In this document: positions 63,471-64,000 of the stretch, piece by piece
Position numbering within the stretch: the first letter of the stretch is position 1
Layout: every line of letters starts with the position of its first letter
Source: Carcharhinus amblyrhynchos
Lineage: Eukaryota
Assembly (NCBI GenBank): GCA_965287045.1
Contig: OZ336899.1
Span: forward strand, 16,616,001-16,680,000
Length of the DNA: 64,000 nucleotides
Direction of reading: 5' to 3'
The notes under the pieces: generated by a model
Database searches by the model: none
Told to the model about the DNA's origin: nothing
The model's input: the letters and a program-made list of their open reading frames with translations, nothing else
Made by a program: the position numbers and the translations under genes

Positions 63471-64000
63471 TAAAATTGTTCATCGTCAGGACAACTATCT
63501 CAGCAGGTCAAACCTGATTTAGCTACAGCTGCCCATATAAATGTTGATGGATGTTAGTCTGTGATGCTGACTTAACTAAAACAAGATCAGATTTTGGCTT
63601 CAACATTGTGGTTTGAAAAATTTTAAGAAACAGCAGGTCTCCTATTCCTCATTATTCTGAGAAGAACCTTTTCACACAAACATATGCTTCAATCTGCCCA
63701 AGAAGCTACCAACATAAAATTATTGAGATGCTTGGAGAGGGATGCTTACCTGAGAAGCAATGTGACCACATAAAATGGAGGAAAAGTGGCAACTTGGGCA
63801 TTAAAAGTGGAGCCATGGCTACCAATATGTCAGCGATGGCTCCAATGGCTCTCTCCTCACCATACTACTGGAATGAAGAGCAGATTGGGGTTTGACAGGT
63901 TTGTCATTGGCTCAGTAATGGTCACTCCGTGAAGATACCAGAGAACATTCAGCAGCTGTGAAAACATACCCAGAAAGTGTCAATGCCAACAGAACAGGAA

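Overview
Eukaryotic genomic DNA, most likely from a cartilaginous fish (shark), inferred from HE1/V-type and Deu-type SINEs and abundant CR1/L2 LINEs. The window holds nearly all of one + strand gene, a giant membrane-tethered mucin of the MUC3/MUC12/MUC17 type. A ~40.4 kb uninterrupted coding exon (PTS array + EGF1; ~4218-44627) is followed by eight small phase-compatible exons, assembled by hand, encoding SEA (RAG/SIIA cleavage motif), EGF2, TM and a ~94-aa cytoplasmic tail, with the stop at 59496. The protein is about 13,800 aa or more; no signal-peptide exon was found and it probably lies upstream of the window. The PTS array is organised like a higher-order satellite: 17-aa module -> 352/340-aa monomers A/B -> 2076-bp dimer -> 8304-bp block, with two ABB trimers at the 3' end. 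Upstream (1516-4120) lies what looks like a decayed, CR1-interrupted older 5' part of the same exon. Introns and flanks contain nested CR1s, SINEs, a solo LTR with TSD, a LINE-SINE chimera, Penelope-like hammerhead remnants and a mirrored pyrimidine/purine tract. All calls are by eye; no searches were run.
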